Shown here in pieces: positions 34,609 through 44,534 of a DNA stretch of 49,589 nt. Made by a program: the position numbers and the translations under genes. Source of the DNA: an uncultured Candidatus Saccharibacteria bacterium (GTDB taxonomy: Bacteria > Patescibacteriota > Minisyncoccia > Phycocordibacterales > UBA9973); the NCBI GenBank assembly GCA_964502615.1, contig CAZCXF010000005.1, positions 3,956-53,544 on the forward strand, written 5' to 3'. The notes beneath the pieces are model-generated. The model was not told where the DNA came from. It ran no database searches and saw only the letters and a list, made by a program, of their open reading frames with translations. Numbering within the stretch: the first letter of the stretch is position 1; each line of letters starts with the position of its first letter.

Positions 34609-35031
34609 ATGCCTACAATCAATCAATTGGTTCGAAAGAGCCGAAAAATTACAAAAAGAAAATCAAAGGCCGTAGCTCTTGCTCGCGGTTTTAATTCTAT
34701 TAAAAATAAGCCAGTATTTTACCCTGCGCCTTTTAAGCGTGGTGTATGTACAAAGGTTTCAACAACAACTCCAAAGAAGCCTAACTCAGCTCTCCGAAAA
34801 ATTGCTCGTGTTCGTCTTACAAATGGAATGGAAGTTACTGCTTATATCCCAGGCGAAGGACACAATCTGCAAGAGCACTCTGTTGTTATGATCCGTGGGG
34901 GACGTGTTAAAGACTTGATCGGAGTACGTTATCACGTAGTTCGTGGACGTTTGGATGCAACAGGTGTTGAAAAACGTCGTCAATCTAGAAGTCTATATGG
35001 TAACAAGCGACCAAAAGAAGCTAAGAAATAA
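34609..35031 (+). CDS. rpsL: 30S ribosomal protein S12
   Basis: [47 protein letters not shown]. Confidence 0.95.
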   Translation: MPTINQLVRKSRKITKRKSKAVALARGFNSIKNKPVFYPAPFKRGVCTKVSTTTPKKPNSALRKIARVRLTNGMEVTAYIPGEGHNLQEHSVVMIRGGRVKDLIGVRYHVVRGRLDATGVEKRRQSRSLYGNKRPKEAKK

Positions 35032-35038
35032 TTAATAT

Positions 35039-35509
35039 ATGCGAAGAAAAATAAAAAATCGAAATATAGTTGAACCAGATATTGTTTACAATTCTCCAAA
35101 GCTTGCAAAATTCATAAACAACATCATGCTTCATGGAAAAAAGGAGACTGCTCGCAAAGCTGTTTACTTGGCATTTGATATCATCAAAGAAAAAACAGGT
35201 AACCCAAACCCACTTGAAGTTTTCGATACTGCTATTAAAAACGCTGGTCCTCAAGTTGAGGTTCGCTCACGACGTATCGGTGGTGCAAACTACCAAGTTC
35301 CTCGTGAAGTTCGTCCTGAACGACGCCAAGCTCTAGCAATGCGATGGATAATCCTTGCTGCTCGCGGAAAGAAAGGTGCTCCAATTCATGAAAAACTTGC
35401 TGAAGAATTAATCCTTGCTTCAAAAAACGAAGGTTCTGCAGTTAAGAAACGCGATGATACTCACAAGATGGCAGAGTCCAACAAAGCATTCGCTCACTTC
35501 GCTTGGTAA
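35039..35509 (+). CDS. rpsG: 30S ribosomal protein S7
   Basis: FINNIMLHGKKETARK, VEVRSRRIGGANYQVP, AFAHFAW C-terminus. Confidence 0.95.
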   Translation: MRRKIKNRNIVEPDIVYNSPKLAKFINNIMLHGKKETARKAVYLAFDIIKEKTGNPNPLEVFDTAIKNAGPQVEVRSRRIGGANYQVPREVRPERRQALAMRWIILAARGKKGAPIHEKLAEELILASKNEGSAVKKRDDTHKMAESNKAFAHFAW

Positions 35510-35530
35510 TCAAATTTTACACACATTTAC

Positions 35531-35560
35531 AAAAACTCCCCTAATAGGGAGTTTTTGTTT
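35531..35560 (+). terminator. Intrinsic terminator after rpsG
   Basis: AAAAACTCCC, loop CTAATA, GGGAGTTTTTGTTT. Confidence 0.65.
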
Positions 35561-35572
35561 AGCTAATCTGTA

Positions 35573-35601
35573 TTTACAATTTTATTTTTTTATGTTATAA
35601 G
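35573..35601 (+). promoter_or_regulatory. Candidate promoter of the orphan ORF
   Basis: TTTACA, 17 nt spacer, TATAAG. Confidence 0.3.
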
Positions 35602-35618
35602 TTGGTAAATTCATATAG

Positions 35619-35658
35619 TCGGGCTACAAGAGTGAAAGTAGGCATTCTTGTAACCCGA
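35619..35658 (+). promoter_or_regulatory. 12-bp leader hairpin upstream of the orphan ORF
   Basis: TCGGG-c-TACAAGA (13-nt loop) TCTTGTA-a-CCCGA, about 30 nt before the start codon. Confidence 0.45.
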
Positions 35659-35686
35659 TTATAAAAAACCTTTAAAAGTGTATAAA

Positions 35687-36574
35687 ATGAAAAGCAAGTA
35701 CTCAAAAAATCCAGAAATAAATGGAAAAACTTCTAAACAACTTATTGAATTAGGTAAGAGAAGGGCTTCCACCCCTTTTTGGAGAAGCATTATCTTATCA
35801 AACAAGTTGTCAAAAGGACAACTGGAAAGATTGCTCCCTTTAATCCGTGGAGTTTTAAATGTGAGCCTGGTGTTGGAGAAGATTGGCTATCCTAAATACA
35901 CAAGTAATGCCTTACTTGAAGGCATTGTAAAAGCAATAAAAAATACGAGCCACTCTGAAAAAAATAGAGTCATAAGGAGAGTGTTTGAAAAAGATATGCT
36001 AATCAATGATGGAAAAAGGCTGGCCGAGAAAATTGGAACACTTGAAGCCTGGAAACGTTTTATCCAGGCAAAAGGCTCAATTTTAAATTCCAACGACTTG
36101 ATGAAAATCGGCTCTCAATTCAACGAATCTTCGTTGTGGATAAATATTGTAAGACACTCCTGCAATCTGAAGATTGAGCAAATCAAACACATTCTAAATA
36201 AGGATTGCTTCACCAACAACAGCTATGATAAAAGACTTCTTTTAAATGATATCCTTATTAAATATCTTTACGGGCGTCCACTATTCTGTGTTGATGTGTT
36301 CATTGATTTTATGGATTTGCTGAGCAAACAAGATCTTATTACAAGTCACAGCAGAGAAATTGAACGCTGCAAGGAAGTAATTTTCGAAAATGTTGATTTA
36401 TGTGATCTAGGGTTGGATCAACTGGTCCGACTGTATTTCAGAGTAAGGGAAAAAATTGTGTTAGAAGCACTCTTTCTTAAGTGTGTTTCCTTTTCAAAAG
36501 AAGACCTCTCTGGTTTACTACAAAATGGGCACGAAAAAACCAAGGATTTCATACTTTCGCATTTTAAAATTTAG
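35687..36574 (+). CDS. Hypothetical alpha-helical repeat protein inserted between rpsG and fusA
   Basis: Long ORF with its own promoter-like element, leader hairpin and terminator. ATG at 35687 (GTG at 35678 is also possible). Recurring ...[SN]xx[LS][SK]xxQLxxLL... segments are reminiscent of LRV/HEAT-like repeats. I recognise no family. Confidence 0.55.
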   Translation: MKSKYSKNPEINGKTSKQLIELGKRRASTPFWRSIILSNKLSKGQLERLLPLIRGVLNVSLVLEKIGYPKYTSNALLEGIVKAIKNTSHSEKNRVIRRVFEKDMLINDGKRLAEKIGTLEAWKRFIQAKGSILNSNDLMKIGSQFNESSLWINIVRHSCNLKIEQIKHILNKDCFTNNSYDKRLLLNDILIKYLYGRPLFCVDVFIDFMDLLSKQDLITSHSREIERCKEVIFENVDLCDLGLDQLVRLYFRVREKIVLEALFLKCVSFSKEDLSGLLQNGHEKTKDFILSHFKI

Positions 36575-36595
36575 CATAAAATTGTATTTTCTTTT

Positions 36596-36626
36596 AAAAA
36601 CCGGCTCCCAGAGCCGGCCTTTTTTA
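36596..36626 (+). terminator. Intrinsic terminator after the orphan ORF
   Basis: AAAAA-CCGGCTC-cca-GAGCCGG-CCTTTTTT. Confidence 0.65.
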
Positions 36627-36627
36627 T

Positions 36628-36656
36628 TTGCAAAAATAGGGCATTTATTGTATATT
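36628..36656 (+). promoter_or_regulatory. Candidate promoter of fusA
   Basis: TTGCAA, 17 nt spacer, TATATT. Confidence 0.35.
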
Positions 36657-36709
36657 CTAGGGACATAGACACTCGTGTCTTTTTATTTTTATCAAGTAAT
36701 TATATACAT

Positions 36710-38851
36710 ATGGAAAGAGATTATCCTTTAGAGAAAGTTAGAAATATTGGAATTATAGCGCACATTGATGCGGGAAAGACTACGACAACAGAGCGTGTTC
36801 TTTTCTACACTGGTGTATCACACAAAATCGGTGAAGTTCACGACGGCGAGACAACAACAGACTGGATGGAACAAGAGCGTGAACGTGGTATCACTATCAC
36901 ATCTGCGGCTGTTACATGTTTCTGGACTCCTACATATGCACCTGGTGATAAATCTAAAAAACACCGTTTCAATATTATCGATACCCCTGGACACATCGAC
37001 TTCACAGTGGAAGTTAAAAGATCTCTCCGTGTGCTAGACGGTGCAGTTGTAGTATTTGATGGTGTTGCTGGGGTAGAGCCTCAATCAGAAACAAACTGGC
37101 GCTATGCTGATGAAGCAAGTGTTCCTCGTATTTGTTTTATAAACAAACTTGATCGTACAGGTGCTTCATTTGAGCACTCATATAAAACAATCCTAGATCG
37201 TCTTACAAAGAAAGCTATTCGTATGCAGATTCCTATTGGTCTTGAAGATTCTCACGAAGGAGTTGTAGATCTTTTAAAGATGAAGGCATATTACTTTGAA
37301 GGGGAAATGGGTAACAAAGTTATTGAAAAAGAAATCCCTGAAAATCTAAAAGCTGATGCAGAAAAATTCCATGCAGAACTTATTGAAAAAATAGTTGAGC
37401 AAGACGATGCTGTTATGACTGCATATCTTGAAGGAAAAGTTCCAGATCTTGATACCTTAAAAAAATTGATGAGAAAGGGAGTTATCGCAAACGAAATCTT
37501 TCCAGTGTTTGCAGGTAGTGCTCTAAAAAACAAAGGAGTACAACTTGTCCTCGATGCTGTTGTTGATTACTTGCCAGCTCCAACAGACATTCCTCCAATC
37601 CCAGGTATTGATCCAAATACTGATGAGCCAACAGTCCGTAATGCTTCAGATGCAGAACCATTCGCAGCGCTTGCTTTCAAAGTTGCAACTGATCCATTCG
37701 TAGGACAGCTTATTTTCTTCCGCGTTTATTCAGGAAGTATATCTGCAGGAAGTTATGTTTATAACCCTAGAACTCGCAACAAAGAACGCCTAGGCCGAAT
37801 ACTTCGTATGCATGCAAACGAACGTGAAGAAGTGAAAAAAGTTTTCGCAGGAGAAATTGCAGCAGCAGTAGGACTTAAAGATACAATCACTTCAGATACT
37901 ATCTGTGATGAAGAACACCCAGTTGAGCTTAACCGTATTATTTTCCCAGAACCAGTTATCAATCTCCGTGTTGAACCGAAGACTAAAGCTGATCAAGAGA
38001 AAATGGGTATGGCATTAAATCGTCTTGCACAAGAAGACCCTACATTTAAAGTATCAACTGATTCTGAAACAAATGAAACAATTATCGCAGGAATGGGAGA
38101 GCTCCATCTTGAAATTATTGTTGATCGTATGAAAAGAGAGTTTTCTGTTGAGACAAATGTAGGTAAACCACAGGTTGCATACCGCGAGACTATTACAGGA
38201 ACTGCTGATGTTGAAGGTAAATACATCAAACAGTCTGGAGGTAGAGGTAACTACGGACACGTTCGTATCAAAGTTAAGCCTATGGATCAAGCTGTTGATG
38301 AAGATGATCTTCCAAAGAACGTAAAGCGTGAAAAAGGTTTTGAATTTATAAACAACATTAAAGGAGGTGTTATTCCTCAGGAATATATTCCGGCTTGTGA
38401 AAAAGGATTCAAAGAAGGTCTTGACCGTGGAGTTCTTGCAGGATTCAAACTCGAGAATGTTTCTGTTGATCTATACGACGGAAGTTACCACGATGTTGAC
38501 TCAAACGAAATGGCTTTCAAAATTGCAGCTTCTATGGCAGTACAAGATGCTTGTAAAATAGCAAAACCAGTTATTCTTGAACCAATGATGAAAGTTGAAG
38601 TTATTACTCCAGATAAATTCATGGGAGATGTTACAGGAAGTCTTTCTTCAAAGCGTGGAATTATCGAAGGAATGGAAGCTCGTGGCATGAACCAAGTAGT
38701 TAAAGCTGTTGTTCCTCTATCTGAAATGTTCGGATACATGACTTCACTTCGTTCAATGACTGAAGGACGTGCAGGATTCACTATGGAATTCCTACGTTAC
38801 GATATAGTCCCTACAAACGTAGCTACTGCTATCATTGAGTCTCGAAAATAA
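36710..38851 (+). CDS. fusA: Elongation factor G
   Basis: [25 protein letters not shown], and full five-domain length (713 aa). Confidence 0.95.
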   Translation: MERDYPLEKVRNIGIIAHIDAGKTTTTERVLFYTGVSHKIGEVHDGETTTDWMEQERERGITITSAAVTCFWTPTYAPGDKSKKHRFNIIDTPGHIDFTVEVKRSLRVLDGAVVVFDGVAGVEPQSETNWRYADEASVPRICFINKLDRTGASFEHSYKTILDRLTKKAIRMQIPIGLEDSHEGVVDLLKMKAYYFEGEMGNKVIEKEIPENLKADAEKFHAELIEKIVEQDDAVMTAYLEGKVPDLDTLKKLMRKGVIANEIFPVFAGSALKNKGVQLVLDAVVDYLPAPTDIPPIPGIDPNTDEPTVRNASDAEPFAALAFKVATDPFVGQLIFFRVYSGSISAGSYVYNPRTRNKERLGRILRMHANEREEVKKVFAGEIAAAVGLKDTITSDTICDEEHPVELNRIIFPEPVINLRVEPKTKADQEKMGMALNRLAQEDPTFKVSTDSETNETIIAGMGELHLEIIVDRMKREFSVETNVGKPQVAYRETITGTADVEGKYIKQSGGRGNYGHVRIKVKPMDQAVDEDDLPKNVKREKGFEFINNIKGGVIPQEYIPACEKGFKEGLDRGVLAGFKLENVSVDLYDGSYHDVDSNEMAFKIAASMAVQDACKIAKPVILEPMMKVEVITPDKFMGDVTGSLSSKRGIIEGMEARGMNQVVKAVVPLSEMFGYMTSLRSMTEGRAGFTMEFLRYDIVPTNVATAIIESRK

Positions 38852-38920
38852 AACTAAAGCCAATTTTGAATAATCATTTTAAATGATATAATCGTTTTAT
38901 ATCAGTTAAAATTTTTAAGT

Positions 38921-39496
38921 ATGCAAAATCAAAAAGGCAATATTAGTGTCATCGTTACTTTTATTATCGTCGCTTGTATTATAGGCTTTGTTGTTTATGG
39001 GTTACTAAATAAAACATCAGATACTTCAAAAACTGATGAATCAAACAAAATCACAACAACACCTGATACATCTAGTAAAACAGAAGTTAAAGAAGAAAAT
39101 AAAACTTCTACAAAAAATATGGATCAAACAAAAAGATTATTACCAAATTTCAAACCAGTCGCTAAAGTATCTTCTCTTGAGAAAATAGATACAGTTGTAG
39201 GTACAGGCGATGAAGTAAAACCTGGTGCAACTGTAAGTGTTCACTATACTGGAGCAATCGCTTCAACTGGAGAAGTATTCCAATCTTCAAAAGATTTTGG
39301 AACAAATCCGATAACATTTCCTCTTTCTGGAGTTATAAAAGGTTGGACTGATGGAATTCCAGGTATGAAGATAGGTGGTACACGAAGATTGATTATTCCA
39401 GCAGCTCAAGCTTATGGAGCAAATCCTCCACAAGGTTCAGGTATTCCAGCTAATGCAGATTTAGTTTTCGATGTTGAACTAATTGCGATCAAATAG
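38921..39496 (+). CDS. Membrane-anchored FKBP-type peptidyl-prolyl isomerase
   Basis: N-terminal TM helix, Ser/Thr/Lys-rich linker, and an FKBP_C domain (VHYTGAIASTGEVFQSS, GWTDGIPGMKIGGTRRLIIP, ADLVFDVELIAI). Confidence 0.85.
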   Translation: MQNQKGNISVIVTFIIVACIIGFVVYGLLNKTSDTSKTDESNKITTTPDTSSKTEVKEENKTSTKNMDQTKRLLPNFKPVAKVSSLEKIDTVVGTGDEVKPGATVSVHYTGAIASTGEVFQSSKDFGTNPITFPLSGVIKGWTDGIPGMKIGGTRRLIIPAAQAYGANPPQGSGIPANADLVFDVELIAIK

Positions 39497-39506
39497 TTTT
39501 TAATTT

Positions 39507-40997
39507 ATGAAAGAAAAAAAAGAGTTAATAATAAACTTTGTAAAGAAGTATTACAAAAAGAAGCGTTTTTGGGCGATAATTATTATCGTTATTATTTTCC
39601 TCTTCTTTTTCTTAAAACCAGCTAAACCAGTTGTAAATATCAGTATAGATACTGCAAAATATGTAGACCTGAAGCAGACAGTTTTAGCTACTGGCCAAGT
39701 TACTTCAAATACGGATTTAAACTTATCTTTTAACTCTACTGGCATTGTAAAGTCACTCAAAGTAAAAGTTGGAGATGTTGTAAAGAAAGGTGATGTCCTA
39801 GCTACAATCGACCAAAGTACCGCTCTAGCTTCTCTTACGCAAGCACGTGGAGCCTTACTTTCTGCTCAAGCTAAATACAAAAAGTTGATAGAAGGTGGAG
39901 ATGTAGCACTTGCTCAAGTTGTACTCGATCAGACTAAAAAAACTCAAGATACTATCGTAAAAAATGCATACAAGAAATTACTTAACTCAACTCCAGAAGC
40001 TTTTCCAGATAATGGTACAGACAATTATGAAGCGCCTATAATTAGTGGAACCTATAATGGCGATAAAGAGGGAGTTATTAATGTGAATATTTACAGGACT
40101 AGTGGTGGAATAGGTTTTAATCTCTCTGGACTTGTGTCTGGTAGTGGTCTCGGTAACAATATAACACCACAACCTTTAGGGAATAGTGGGCTTTATATAA
40201 GATTTCCTTCAACTAATGATTTCGTTAACTGGGTAATTCAGATTCCTAATAAAAAAGCCCCAGACTATCTTTCTAACTACAATGCTTATCAATCCGCAGT
40301 ATCTCAAGCTGAATCTTCAATTGAACAAGCTACAAAAGATCTAGAACTAAAAAAAACAAGATCTCAAGGTTCTGATACTGATTTGGCTCGAGCAGAGATT
40401 ATTTCAGCAGAAGGGCAAGTTCAATCAGCCCAAGCTAAATTTGAAGATACTATCTTGCGTGCACCTGCTGATGGGACTATAACAAGTGTTGATTTGAAAC
40501 TAGGAGAATTATCTGAAGCTCAGAAGCCTATAATAACTCTTCAAGATGTTTCAAACTTATATGTTGAAGCAAAAATAAATGAATCAAATATTGCAAATGT
40601 AAAACTTGGACAAAGTGTAACTATGACTTTCGATGCATTTGGAACATCAAGAATCTTTAATGGAACAGTTGTTCATATTGATCCGGGCGCTACTACTACA
40701 GATGGAATTGTAAATTACAAGATAAAGGCATCAATTTTAAACCTAGATCAGGCAATAAGAACTGGGATGAATGCAGATATATCTATTCTTACAGCGGAAA
40801 AAGATCACGCCCTTGTTATACCTAAAGCTGCTGTAATTAGCCGTGATGATAAAACCTATGTAAATGTAATAACAAAAAAAGATTCTCAAGAATATAAGGA
40901 AAAAGAAATAAAGACAGGATTGACTGGTGACGGTAATCGCATAGAAATCACAAATGGCCTTTCAGATGGGGAGGAAATAGCTATTGTATCTAAATAA
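39507..40997 (+). CDS. HlyD/MacA-family periplasmic adaptor with an inserted domain at the hairpin tip
   Basis: TM anchor, lipoyl-like VKVGDVVKKGDVLATID ... ILRAPADGTITSV, coiled-coil helices, beta-barrel and MP domains. At 496 aa it is longer than usual. Confidence 0.8.
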   Translation: MKEKKELIINFVKKYYKKKRFWAIIIIVIIFLFFFLKPAKPVVNISIDTAKYVDLKQTVLATGQVTSNTDLNLSFNSTGIVKSLKVKVGDVVKKGDVLATIDQSTALASLTQARGALLSAQAKYKKLIEGGDVALAQVVLDQTKKTQDTIVKNAYKKLLNSTPEAFPDNGTDNYEAPIISGTYNGDKEGVINVNIYRTSGGIGFNLSGLVSGSGLGNNITPQPLGNSGLYIRFPSTNDFVNWVIQIPNKKAPDYLSNYNAYQSAVSQAESSIEQATKDLELKKTRSQGSDTDLARAEIISAEGQVQSAQAKFEDTILRAPADGTITSVDLKLGELSEAQKPIITLQDVSNLYVEAKINESNIANVKLGQSVTMTFDAFGTSRIFNGTVVHIDPGATTTDGIVNYKIKASILNLDQAIRTGMNADISILTAEKDHALVIPKAAVISRDDKTYVNVITKKDSQEYKEKEIKTGLTGDGNRIEITNGLSDGEEIAIVSK

Positions 40998-42274
40998 TGA
41001 AAGATGTAATAAAAATGGAAGGTTCGTTCTCTAGGAACGTTAAAGTCGGTTGGTTTTTAGCCCGCCGTGATATTGAGCGTGCCAATATTTGGACTACTGG
41101 ACTCATTGTCATGGTCATGACTCTAACCTTCTTAAATCTAATAGTAGTTTCTGGTATTTTAGTTGGGCTTATTCAAGGTTCAGAAGACGCTCAAAAGAAG
41201 TATGCAATAGGTGATATCGTTATATCTCCATTTTTAAAGAAAGATGTAATTGAACAAACTCCGATGGTTGTTGATATAGTAAAAACTATCCCAGGGTATC
41301 GAAACCATACAGTCAGATACACTGGATCAGCAAGAGTAGAATCAAATTATAGAGAAACAATTGCACCTGGAGATAAACGTGATGGAGCCGGAGGATCATT
41401 GCTTGGTATTGATCCTCAAGAAGAAGAGAAGTTCTCTGGGATTTCTAAGTTTATTATTCGTGGTTCTTATTTAAATACTCTTGATCAGGACAGTGTTTTG
41501 ATTGGTAAAAATTTACTTTATGAATTTACTCCAATAGAAGCTCCAGGATTTCAAACTCTTAAAAATGTTTCTGTTGGTTCTCGTATAAAAGTAACTGTTG
41601 GAGATGCTTCTAAAGAGTATTTTGTAAAAGGTATATTGAAAAGCAAAGTAGATACATTTGATACTTCAATTGTCGCTCTTGATTCAGAAGTCAGAAAACT
41701 TGTTGGAAGAAATGATCTAGATGCCGGTTCAATTGCAATACAATTGCAACCAGGCACAGATCCGATGCAAGCTAAGAATTTCCTCCTAGCATCGGGAGTT
41801 GGGGATCATGCACGTATTCAGACTGCCGAGGAGGCCTTCCCAAAATTCTTAAAAGATATTAAAGCAACTTTTGCAATTCTAGGTTCTGTTATTTCAGGGA
41901 TCGGTCTTGTTGTAGCTTCGATTACAATATTTATTGTTATTTTCGTAAACGCTATCACTCGCAGACGTTTTATTGGAATATTAAAAGGTATTGGTATAAA
42001 TAAGAGAGCAATCTTATACTCATATATGTATCAAGCTTGTATATATGCAGGTTGTGGGATCATCATAGGTATGACTCTTATATTTGTCGTTATTAAGCCA
42101 TATTTTGCTACACACCCACTCGATTTCCCATTTTCTGATGGTATCTTAGTTGCAACATTATCTGGTACTCTTATAAGAGCAGGTATCTTGCTTGTCGCAA
42201 CAATTATTGCCGGATATATACCAGCTAAAATAGTTATTAAACAAAATACTCTAAGTGCAATACTTGGAAGATAA
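40997..42274 (+). CDS. ABC transporter permease (MacB/FtsX type)
   Basis: TM1, a large extracytoplasmic domain, and a C-terminal FtsX-like 3-TM bundle. 1-nt overlap (TAATG) with the adaptor gene. Confidence 0.8.
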   Translation: MKDVIKMEGSFSRNVKVGWFLARRDIERANIWTTGLIVMVMTLTFLNLIVVSGILVGLIQGSEDAQKKYAIGDIVISPFLKKDVIEQTPMVVDIVKTIPGYRNHTVRYTGSARVESNYRETIAPGDKRDGAGGSLLGIDPQEEEKFSGISKFIIRGSYLNTLDQDSVLIGKNLLYEFTPIEAPGFQTLKNVSVGSRIKVTVGDASKEYFVKGILKSKVDTFDTSIVALDSEVRKLVGRNDLDAGSIAIQLQPGTDPMQAKNFLLASGVGDHARIQTAEEAFPKFLKDIKATFAILGSVISGIGLVVASITIFIVIFVNAITRRRFIGILKGIGINKRAILYSYMYQACIYAGCGIIIGMTLIFVVIKPYFATHPLDFPFSDGILVATLSGTLIRAGILLVATIIAGYIPAKIVIKQNTLSAILGR

Positions 42275-42277
42275 TTT

Positions 42278-42961
42278 ATGATAGAAGCAAAAAATCTTAC
42301 AAAAATATTTCAAAGTGGGGATCAAAAAATTATTGCACTCAATAAAGTTTCATTTACTGTACCTCAAGGACAGTTTCTAACTATTACAGGTAAATCAGGC
42401 TCTGGTAAATCAACACTACTTTATCAACTTGGCCTTTTAGATATTCCAACCTCAGGGGAGGCTATTATTGACGGTAGAGATTTCGTAGTAGCAAATGAAA
42501 AAGAACGCACTCACGCAAGACTAAATGATCTTGGTTATATCTTCCAAGACTACGCTATCTTGCCATCACTCTCAACGCTAGAAAATACAATGCTACCGCT
42601 TTTGATGCAGGGCTATACTACTAGCCAAGCCACTAAAAAAGCAAAAGCAGCACTTGAAAAAGTTGGGCTGCTTGATCGTATGAACAATCTACCTAGTCAA
42701 TTATCTGGAGGTCAGCAACAACGCGTTTCTATTGCTCGTGCTATTGCGCATGCTCCAAAAGTTATTTTTGCGGATGAGCCAACAGCTAACCTCGACTCAG
42801 AAACTTCTGAGCAAGTGATAAAAACTTTTATTGATCTAAACAAAGAAGGGCAAACAATAGTAATGGTGACTCACGAACCAGAATACGCAAAACTAGCTCA
42901 CCGTACCATCACAATGGCTGACGGGGTTATTACAAGTGATGTAATGAATAAGCATAAATAA
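42278..42961 (+). CDS. ABC transporter ATP-binding protein (MacB/LolD-like)
   Basis: Walker [18 protein letters not shown], Walker [17 protein letters not shown]. Confidence 0.9.
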   Translation: MIEAKNLTKIFQSGDQKIIALNKVSFTVPQGQFLTITGKSGSGKSTLLYQLGLLDIPTSGEAIIDGRDFVVANEKERTHARLNDLGYIFQDYAILPSLSTLENTMLPLLMQGYTTSQATKKAKAALEKVGLLDRMNNLPSQLSGGQQQRVSIARAIAHAPKVIFADEPTANLDSETSEQVIKTFIDLNKEGQTIVMVTHEPEYAKLAHRTITMADGVITSDVMNKHK

Positions 42962-43000
42962 AAAACCCCATCCCTTTTAAACTAGGGATGGGTGAAAATT
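42961..43000. terminator. Hairpin terminator shared by convergent genes
   Basis: CCCATCCC pairs with GGGATGGG. The T-run follows on the minus strand (GGGGTTTTT), and there is a weaker T-run on the plus strand. Confidence 0.55.
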
Positions 43001-43016
43001 TTCATGTCCGGTAAAG

Positions 43017-43313
43017 CTATATTGCCATTTCCTTGTTCTTATAAACGTAGATGGACCATAAGCCCATCGCGGTTAATAAAAGCAGGAAAATTATCCAGAT
43101 AAAGTTGCTGAGGTCATGGTTTTTGAAGGTGTCAGAAGTGCAAAGGCATCCTAACCCCAACGAAGCCGTTGACAACACAAATTTTACCGCCTGGGCGCAG
43201 CCTCTCTCGAAGCTAGTCCCGCTGGCATTTCCCCACTTAAAAAAATAAAAAACAACAGCGCTAAAACCGAAAAAAGTAGTAAGCGCTAAACCGAAAAATT
43301 GATTCGCTTCCAT
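43017..43313 (-). CDS. Small hypothetical membrane protein (98 aa)
   Basis: 3 hydrophobic segments. More G+C-rich than its surroundings. No recognisable family. Confidence 0.45.
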   Translation of the reverse strand: MEANQFFGLALTTFFGFSAVVFYFFKWGNASGTSFERGCAQAVKFVLSTASLGLGCLCTSDTFKNHDLSNFIWIIFLLLLTAMGLWSIYVYKNKEMAI

Positions 43314-43411
43314 AATATTGATTTAAACGTTTTGAAATAAAAGAACTAAAAATAATTCTATCATTATAATCATATTTGTCAAGCCATTTTGTGGTGTGCT
43401 ACAATGGACTA

Positions 43412-44203
43412 ATGGAAACACTTTTAACAAACAAAAAATTTATCAAGGCCTCAACTGGTCTTGTGGGCATGTTATCAATATTTTTAATAGTTCTTGTAAT
43501 CAATGAGATAAGGTCTAGCCAGTATATTGGTCATGGCAATCAGCAACCTGCATCTATAACAGTGTCGGGCAAAGGGGAAGTTATGGCTGTATCTGATATA
43601 GCTACACTTTCTGTAAACCTTTCAAAAGATGGTGTAACTTCCAAAGAAGCCCAGAGTCTTTTAAATGAACAAATAACCAAAACAGTTGATTATTTAAAGA
43701 AGCAAAAAATAGAAGATAAGGATATAAAATCAGAATACGGAGGACTTAATCCAAAATATTCTTATGAATCTGTAGCTTGTTTTACTTACCCATGTCCGCA
43801 AAAAGATCCTAAAATTGTTGGTTATACAGCAACTCAATCTATAACAATAAAAGTGCGCGAAGTTGATAATGCAAATGAAGTTCGTACAGGTCTTGCTACA
43901 CTTGGTCTTACAAATATAAGTGGCCCTACTTTTTCTATAGACAACCAAGATGCACTAAATGATCAGGCTCGCGAAAAGGCTATTATTGATGCAAAAGAAA
44001 AAGCAAAGGTACTAGCAAAACAGCTTCATGTTAGGCTTGGTGATATCATAAGTTTTTCCGAAAACGGAGGTGGGTACCCAATGATGTACGCTAAAGGAGC
44101 AATGATGGACTCTGCTTCAGTATCTTCCGCTCCAGCACCAGAACTTCCAAAAGGGGAAAACAAAATAACCTCAAATGTAAACATTGTTTACGAAATACGT
44201 TAA
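43412..44203 (+). CDS. SIMPL/DUF541 domain protein with N-terminal anchor
   Basis: ATG at 43412 (METLLTNKKF). ITVSGKGEV...PD.A.LSV...ERDKAIIDAKEKA-type pattern and a C-terminal I.V.YEI-like end, typical of the 26-kDa periplasmic immunogenic protein family. Confidence 0.7.
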   Translation: METLLTNKKFIKASTGLVGMLSIFLIVLVINEIRSSQYIGHGNQQPASITVSGKGEVMAVSDIATLSVNLSKDGVTSKEAQSLLNEQITKTVDYLKKQKIEDKDIKSEYGGLNPKYSYESVACFTYPCPQKDPKIVGYTATQSITIKVREVDNANEVRTGLATLGLTNISGPTFSIDNQDALNDQAREKAIIDAKEKAKVLAKQLHVRLGDIISFSENGGGYPMMYAKGAMMDSASVSSAPAPELPKGENKITSNVNIVYEIR

Positions 44204-44210
44204 AAATCCA

Positions 44211-44237
44211 AAAAAGCCCCTAAATAGGGGCTTTTTT
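44211..44237 (+). terminator. Intrinsic terminator
   Basis: AAAAAGCCCC, loop TAAATA, GGGGCTTTTTT. Confidence 0.7.
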
Positions 44238-44243
44238 GATGGA

Positions 44244-44272
44244 TTGACTTTATGGACTTAAAAGGGTAATAT
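44244..44272 (+). promoter_or_regulatory. Candidate promoter of secE-nusG-rplK
   Basis: TTGACT, 17 nt spacer, TAATAT. Confidence 0.4.
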
Positions 44273-44319
44273 ATTTGCATAAGCCCTTCGGGGTGATTTT
44301 TAATAAGAGGGAAATTTAT

Positions 44320-44505
44320 ATGAATAAAACTGTTGAATATTTAAAAGAGGTAAGAGCAGAAGCAAAGAATGTAACTTGGCCAACACGCAAAGAGACTTTT
44401 TACTTTACACTGGCTGTTTTAATCGTATCTGCTTTTATTGCTTACTACTTAGGTCTTTTTGATAAATTGTTCGCATTTGGACTTCAGTATTTACTTAGTA
44501 GATAA
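44320..44505 (+). CDS. secE: Preprotein translocase subunit SecE
   Basis: 61 aa. YLKEVRAEAKNVTWPTRKET followed by a single TM helix. Located immediately upstream of nusG. Confidence 0.85.
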   Translation: MNKTVEYLKEVRAEAKNVTWPTRKETFYFTLAVLIVSAFIAYYLGLFDKLFAFGLQYLLSR

Positions 44506-44534
44506 TCTACTTGCTCTAAGCAAGTTTCTAAAAT

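Noticed and set aside
36667-36690. Short hairpin plus T-run (AGACAC-tc-GTGTCT-TTTTATTTTT) in the fusA leader as an attenuator
   Set aside because: The stem is only 4-6 bp with a 2-4 nt loop, and T-runs are ubiquitous in this AT-rich genome. This is insufficient evidence for regulation.
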